NCBI GenBank assembly: GCA_963663955.1
Contig: OY760694.1
Span: forward strand, 2,503,587 to 2,567,586
Source: Acidimicrobiia bacterium
Lineage (GTDB): Bacteria > Actinomycetota > Acidimicrobiia > Spongiisociales > Spongiisociaceae
Length of the DNA stretch: 64,000 nucleotides
Reading direction: 5' to 3'
Part shown: piece after piece, positions 59,242 to 64,000 of the stretch
Numbering within the stretch: position 1 is the first letter of the stretch
Layout: every line of letters starts with the position of its first letter
Program-made: the position numbers and the translations under genes
Notes under the pieces: model-generated
What the model was told of the DNA's origin: nothing
Seen by the model: the letters and a program-made list of their open reading frames with translations, nothing else
Database searches by the model: none

Positions 59242-60012
59242 CTAATACATCAGCAGCGCGCCGCTGACGTTGATGGTGGCGCCGCTTATGAAGCTGGCAT
59301 GCTCGGACGCCAGGAACGCTACCACCCGGGCTAGTTCCTCGGGGCGACCCATCCTGCCCAGCGGGCATTGAGCCATTGCAGCCGCCACCATTTCGGGACT
59401 GTTGTCGAGATGCTGCATGGGCGTGTCGACCTGGCCTGGTGACACACAGTTCACAAGGATGTTATGGGGACCGTAGGTCCGAGCGAACCCTCTAGTCATG
59501 GTGACCACCCCGCCCTTGCCGGCCACATATGCGTGGCTCCCGTGCGCCGGCCCGGTCAACCAGGCGCCGGAAGTGAAGTTAATGATGCGCCCACCCCGCC
59601 CGGTAGCGATCATGGCCTCCCCCACCGCTTTGTTGAGGAAGAAGGAAGCCTTGAGGTTCACGTCGAGCTGCGAATCCCAGTCCGCTTCGGTCACCTCATG
59701 CAGTTCCTTCCGCCGCAGATAAGCCGCCGCGTGAGCCGCCGCCCAGATCGGGCCCAGCTGATCCTCCACCCGGGTCACCATGGCAGGGATGGCGGCGATG
59801 TCGGAAAGGTCGAACACCAAGGACATGTGCGGCCCCGGACCGCCCAGATCGGCTACCACCTCCCGTACCCCTTCCTGAACATCCAGCGCCGCCACCCGGG
59901 CGCCCAGGGCAGCCATAGTGATGGCGGTCGCCTCGCCGATTCCGCTCGCGGCGCCGGTTACCAGGACGGCCTGTCCCTCCAGGCCGGCTCCCAAGCTCCA
60001 TTCGGTGCTCAT
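59242..60012 (-). CDS. SDR-family oxidoreductase
   Basis: VLVTGAASGIGEA, NAAA, YVAGKGG (YxxxK). Confidence 0.8.
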   Translation of the reverse strand: MSTEWSLGAGLEGQAVLVTGAASGIGEATAITMAALGARVAALDVQEGVREVVADLGGPGPHMSLVFDLSDIAAIPAMVTRVEDQLGPIWAAAHAAAYLRRKELHEVTEADWDSQLDVNLKASFFLNKAVGEAMIATGRGGRIINFTSGAWLTGPAHGSHAYVAGKGGVVTMTRGFARTYGPHNILVNCVSPGQVDTPMQHLDNSPEMVAAAMAQCPLGRMGRPEELARVVAFLASEHASFISGATINVSGALLMY

Positions 60013-60575
60013 CTCATGGTCACTTTCGGTTGGCTATCGATCCGGGTATGAACGGGAAACAAAAGGGTCGGAGGGACTCGCGTGGTTGTCACACCACGCT
60101 GGGCAAAGATTGCTCGACCATGACGGGACCGACCGTAGCACCGCCGTCATGAAAGCCCGCTTCGATCGTTCAGTCTCAGCTCGAGGAGAACGACCAGCGG
60201 AGTATCACCATCGGGAAACCTGTCCGGATACGCGGTCCCTCGGCCTCCGAAAATGAACTGGTCCCCTGGGACGTGGGACTCGGTTGTCGTCTCGACGGGG
60301 GAGATCAAGATGGTCTCGATCCACTATCTGCCGCAGGGCCTATTCGAGTCTTAGCTGGGCGAGGAACGGTTCGACGCTAGATGGGACTAATAGTGAATCC
60401 ACTGAGTGCTTGTCGGTACTCTGGAGAAGGTGAGATGAGTGATAGCTACCGCAAGGATGGGTGTCGGGACGATCCCACCCCGGCACTGCACAGAATCAAG
60501 ACTATGTTCGCTTCCCGGTCGAGGTGGATGTTCGGAATCGACTTCGCCCTGACCATTATTAGCGCGGTACGGCGA

Positions 60576-60755
60576 TGACGGTCAGCGAGTCCCTGGTGGA
60601 CGCCAAGGATACGGCGGTTGAGGCGCGCCTCGAATCGAAGATCGAACGAGCCGTAGCGGCCTTGGAACGCCGAATCAACCAGCACACCCTTTGGGTAGTC
60701 GGCTGGATCACCCTCGTCGGCGGCCTCATCATCACGGTGGTCCTCAACCAGTAGG
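60576..60755 (+). CDS. Possible 59-aa small membrane protein
   Basis: MTVSESLVDAKDTAVEARLESKIERAVAALERRINQHTLWVVGWITLVGGLIITVVLNQ: amphipathic helix plus a C-terminal TM segment. Not in the ORF track (below 60 aa). Confidence 0.2.
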
Positions 60756-60870
60756 ATCGGACCGATTAGGCGCATCGGGCGCGGGCAGGCGCTTCAATGG
60801 TCGAAACTCCTTCAACCCCTACCATCCGGGAACCGCAAGAAATGTCTTCAGTCACGGTCCGACGACGTGA

Positions 60871-62655
60871 CTACCGACCTGCGACGTTCCTCCCCGACTG
60901 CTGACGATCCAAGCGGGCGTCAACGGGGGTCGCGATCCCTTCCGCGTTGACCTTGACTCCGTAGACCCGTTCAGCCTGTTCCGGCGAGACGTAGCCGTCT
61001 AGGACGTCTTCCCGGACCAACTCGATGAGGCGATCGAGCGGGTCCCCCCAACCTCCGCCACCTGCCGAGAAGTTCCGGAACCGGTCACCGGGCGCCATGG
61101 TGAATCGTTCCATCCGCGCCGAGTGGGCCCGTTCCGTGTCAGGCCATACGATCATGCCGTTGGTCTCCGGCTCGTGTCCACCACGCAACGCCCAAGGTTT
61201 GGTCTTGGTTTTCTTCTTCATGGATAGCATCTCGCCGGTCGCCAGAAACCTAACCTCACGCCAGATCCCCAGCCCGCCTCGCCACTTTCCGGCGCCTCCG
61301 GAGTCCTGACGCAGCTCGAGGCGTTCGTGAAAGATGGGTGACTTGTGTTCGAGAACCTCCATCGACGTGTTGCGCACCGCGGTGGTCGAAGGGTGTTGCA
61401 GGGCGGTGGCCCCGTCGTGGGTGGGCGTGGCGCCCCAACCGATTCCTTCATTATTGCTCACCGCATACATCTCCCCGGTATGGGGATGCGCGCCCACCGC
61501 CATGAAACCCGGTTCGTCGGAGCCGGACGAAGCGTTGATCTGATCCATCCCCTGCGCCAAAGCCTTGTTGATCAGCTCGAAGGCCGCCATACCCGTCCAG
61601 AGCGTGAAAGTCGCTGCGGGGTAGACAGCATGAAAAAGGTTCCCCGGTGGACACGAGACGGTGAGTGGTAGGAAGTGGCCATGGTTGGCCGGGGTGTCGG
61701 GGGTGGTAAGGGACTTGAAAACGGACTTCGCCAGGCTCATGGTCTTGCCGAAGGGCATATTCACCGGCCCGGGAACGGCGCCGTCGGAGTCACCGTAGTC
61801 GACCATGAACCGGTCTCCCTCGATAGTTACCGTCACCGCCATCCTGATCAGATCGTGGGAGATTCCATCATCATCGAGCCAGTCATGGGCCGACCATGTC
61901 CCGTCGGGCATGGCACGAACCGCGTCGGCAGCCGTCAGGGCCCCATGATCGATGATCCGGTCAATGGCCTCTTCAACCCTGGACAGCCCGAACTTGTCCC
62001 AAATCTGGTGCAGGCGCCGCTCCCCCACCCTGATGGCGGATATCTGGGCATGGAAATCCCCGATGATGGTCTCGGGCATTCTCGAGTTGTAACGCAGGAT
62101 GGCCATGATCTGCTGGTCTATCTCGCCCCGCCGAACCAGCTTCACACCCGGCATTATCAGGCCTTCCTGATGCATGGAGGTGGAGTCCAGAACGTAACCC
62201 GGATCCTTGGCGCCCAAGTCCATCCAGTGTGCCCGAACCGCCAGGTAGGCGTCGGGTAGTTCGCTTCCCTCGCAGAACACGGGGGCGAACAGCATGGCAT
62301 CGGATACGTGGGCGCCGCTCCAGTAGGGATAATTGATCATCACCACATCCCCCGGGTGGAGGTTCTCGACCCCTACTTTTTCGATCCCTTTGTGAATGGC
62401 GTAGTCGTTAGCCCCCAGAAAGGTGAGTATCCCCGTCGACTCCGAGATCAGTCGACGGTCCCGGTCGTACATCGAGATGCCGAAGTCAAGCACCTCGTAG
62501 ATGACCGGATTGAAGGCCGTCCGTACAAGGGTACGACGCATCTGCTCGGAGGTGGAGTTCAGGTAATGACGGATTACTTCCACACTGGCGCCGTCGAGGA
62601 CAGGTGGTCCGCTCATCGGATCACCTGTCGAGGGTCGAGGGTGCAAGCCCAACAA
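60871..62655 (-). CDS. Hydantoinase B/oxoprolinase family protein
   Basis: HyuB-family N-terminus ...LDGASVEVIRHYLNSTSEQMRRTLVRTAFNPVIYEVLDF. Alternative start at 62616. Confidence 0.8.
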   Translation of the reverse strand: MLGLHPRPSTGDPMSGPPVLDGASVEVIRHYLNSTSEQMRRTLVRTAFNPVIYEVLDFGISMYDRDRRLISESTGILTFLGANDYAIHKGIEKVGVENLHPGDVVMINYPYWSGAHVSDAMLFAPVFCEGSELPDAYLAVRAHWMDLGAKDPGYVLDSTSMHQEGLIMPGVKLVRRGEIDQQIMAILRYNSRMPETIIGDFHAQISAIRVGERRLHQIWDKFGLSRVEEAIDRIIDHGALTAADAVRAMPDGTWSAHDWLDDDGISHDLIRMAVTVTIEGDRFMVDYGDSDGAVPGPVNMPFGKTMSLAKSVFKSLTTPDTPANHGHFLPLTVSCPPGNLFHAVYPAATFTLWTGMAAFELINKALAQGMDQINASSGSDEPGFMAVGAHPHTGEMYAVSNNEGIGWGATPTHDGATALQHPSTTAVRNTSMEVLEHKSPIFHERLELRQDSGGAGKWRGGLGIWREVRFLATGEMLSMKKKTKTKPWALRGGHEPETNGMIVWPDTERAHSARMERFTMAPGDRFRNFSAGGGGWGDPLDRLIELVREDVLDGYVSPEQAERVYGVKVNAEGIATPVDARLDRQQSGRNVAGR

Positions 62656-62676
62656 GTGGTAACAATGCTCGACATG

Positions 62677-64000
62677 CTACGCCGCCCCGTCCTGCGCACG
62701 AACCATCAGGTTCCCGAGAGGATCGGGAGTCACCTTCTGGTCACCGTGGATGATGGTCACCGAGGTGGGTTCGCGGATGATGGCAGGACCGTTGATTTCC
62801 ACGCCCCCTTCGAGCAGGCTTCGCTCGTAGATGGGGAAGCGGCGCTGTTCCCGAGTCGCGAAATCGAAGGCGTAACGTTCGCCGACCCGGGCGTTTCGCC
62901 GGGTGCCGACCCCGTGTCGGGCGCCCACAACGTGGGTGGGTGGTTTCTCCAGGCGGCCGATTGCCCTCACCCGAACGGTAAGGATCTCGACTTGTTCGGT
63001 CAATCGGTGCCCGTAGCGTTCAACATGGCGGTGGTGAAACCGGTCGATGACCGCGTCGCTGTTGTCACCTTTCTCCAAGTCAACCGACAGGGTGTGCTCC
63101 TGTCCGTTGTAACGCAGATCCAATCGCCTCAGAAATGTCCGGTTTTCCGGGGGTACGGATTGGGCGGCGAGCACTTGGACGGCTTCCCGTTCGAGTTCGG
63201 CAAAAACTCCTTCGATTTGGGTAAGGGCCGTGCTGTCCAGCATGGTCAGGACCGTTTGTCCCAGGTCGTATTCAAGATCCGACATGAGCATTCCCCAAGC
63301 GGAAAACACGGCAGGGGCAGCCGGTACCACGACCTCGGGCAGTTCCATCTCCCTGGCCAGAAGCGGCGCCAGCATCGGCCCCGCCCCACCGAAAGCCACC
63401 AACGAGAACTCTCTCGGGTCGAGACCTCTCTCTACCGTGATCTCCCGGATGGCGCCGACGGTGCGGGCCAGAAGCACATCAAAAACCGAAGCGGCGGCCC
63501 GCCGGGTGGACATACCGAGCGGCGCCGCCAGTTTCTCTCCAACACCTCGAAGAGCGGCTTCCTCATCCAAACGCATGTCACCACCCAGAAACTCGTCCGC
63601 CGCCAGGTATCCGAGGCAGAGGGAAGCGTCGGTCACGGTCGGTCGGGTAGCGCCTCTTCCGTAGCAGATCGGTCCGGGAACCGCGCCGGCGCTCTGGGGA
63701 CCCACGCGCAGGAGCCCTTTGTCCATCCAGGCGATAGACCCGCCCCCGGCCCCGATCGTGCGGATATCAAAGACAGGAATACGGATCGGCAGGCTCTCGA
63801 TCTCGGCTTCGTACACCTCGGTGGGGGCGCCATCGACTATCACGCATGCGTCGAGGCTGGTACCACCTACGTCAAAGGAGATAAGGGAAGACCGGCCGGT
63901 AGCTTCGCCCAAGCCGATCGTCCCGGCGATACCACCCGCCGGCCCGGAGAATACCGTAAGCAGGGGTGACATCCGAGCGATCTCCGACGTCATGGCGCCG
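62677..64000 (-). CDS. Hydantoinase A/oxoprolinase family protein, 3' part (gene continues beyond window end)
   Basis: ISFDVGGTSLDACVI..., FGGAGPMLA. ORF is open at 64000. Confidence 0.75.
   Translation of the reverse strand, partial: GAMTSEIARMSPLLTVFSGPAGGIAGTIGLGEATGRSSLISFDVGGTSLDACVIVDGAPTEVYEAEIESLPIRIPVFDIRTIGAGGGSIAWMDKGLLRVGPQSAGAVPGPICYGRGATRPTVTDASLCLGYLAADEFLGGDMRLDEEAALRGVGEKLAAPLGMSTRRAAASVFDVLLARTVGAIREITVERGLDPREFSLVAFGGAGPMLAPLLAREMELPEVVVPAAPAVFSAWGMLMSDLEYDLGQTVLTMLDSTALTQIEGVFAELEREAVQVLAAQSVPPENRTFLRRLDLRYNGQEHTLSVDLEKGDNSDAVIDRFHHRHVERYGHRLTEQVEILTVRVRAIGRLEKPPTHVVGARHGVGTRRNARVGERYAFDFATREQRRFPIYERSLLEGGVEINGPAIIREPTSVTIIHGDQKVTPDPLGNLMVRAQDGAA

Overview
High-GC (about 65-70%) actinobacterial-type chromosomal window with two very different halves.

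**Positions 1 to ~18,100: decayed defence and mobile-element island.**
- A 5'-partial Mrr-like PD-(D/E)xK nuclease gene.
- An AbiE-like pair on the minus strand: an HTH protein followed by a nucleotidyltransferase.
- A DISARM/BREX-like module on the minus strand, both genes broken: an SNF2-family helicase of about 1080 aa followed by a gamma-class N6-adenine DNA methyltransferase (PglX / type IIG / DrmMI-like).
  - The helicase is split by a composite insertion: a dead IS3-family element that itself carries an intact IS30-family element and a heavily frameshifted IS110-family element.
  - The helicase also carries at least two frameshifts.
  - The methyltransferase is frameshifted near its catalytic region. 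Its conserved C-terminal domain follows as a separate 308-aa ORF.
- An intact IS1182-family element with 17-bp terminal inverted repeats sits just upstream of the helicase start.
- Two overlapping hypothetical genes, one with RNase H-like motifs, are followed by a strong terminator-like hairpin.

**Positions 18,141 to 64,000: housekeeping genes.**
- Intermediary and nucleoside-catabolic metabolism: enoyl-CoA hydratase, MeaB GTPase, NifU-like protein, RpiB, 6-phosphogluconolactonase, an AlkA-like glycosylase, a deoC / aldehyde dehydrogenase / degenerate aldehyde-dehydrogenase trio, RmuC, MetG, amidase, KorAB, nitroreductase, LtrA-like protein, shikimate kinase, an SDR oxidoreductase and HyuB/HyuA.
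- Envelope and transport: an S41 peptidase anchored by SLH domains, and two ABC ATPase/permease pairs.
- A Ni-superoxide dismutase gene with its SodX maturation peptidase.

**Most unusual locus, 40,490 to 50,608.**
- A translationally coupled operon encoding:
  - a 1111-aa exported, membrane-anchored VWA-domain protein;
  - a divergent FtsZ/tubulin-superfamily GTPase with clear T1 and T4 signature loops, possibly fused through a frameshift at a C4 run to a ~700-aa helical protein;
  - an ~870-aa membrane protein;
  - a secreted Thr/Pro-rich membrane-anchored protein.
- This resembles the poorly characterised FtsZl-1/VWA 'membrane remodelling' neighbourhoods. It is the best candidate for an undescribed system in the window.

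**Other observations.**
- A ~205-bp element with terminal inverted repeats occurs in two and a half intergenic copies (MITE-like or sRNA-like).
- A near-identical 174-bp tandem duplication encodes SLH repeats.
- A G10 tract lies upstream of the VWA operon.
- No rRNA, tRNA or CRISPR was found.
- Several frameshifts coincide with homopolymer runs, so assembly error cannot be excluded.
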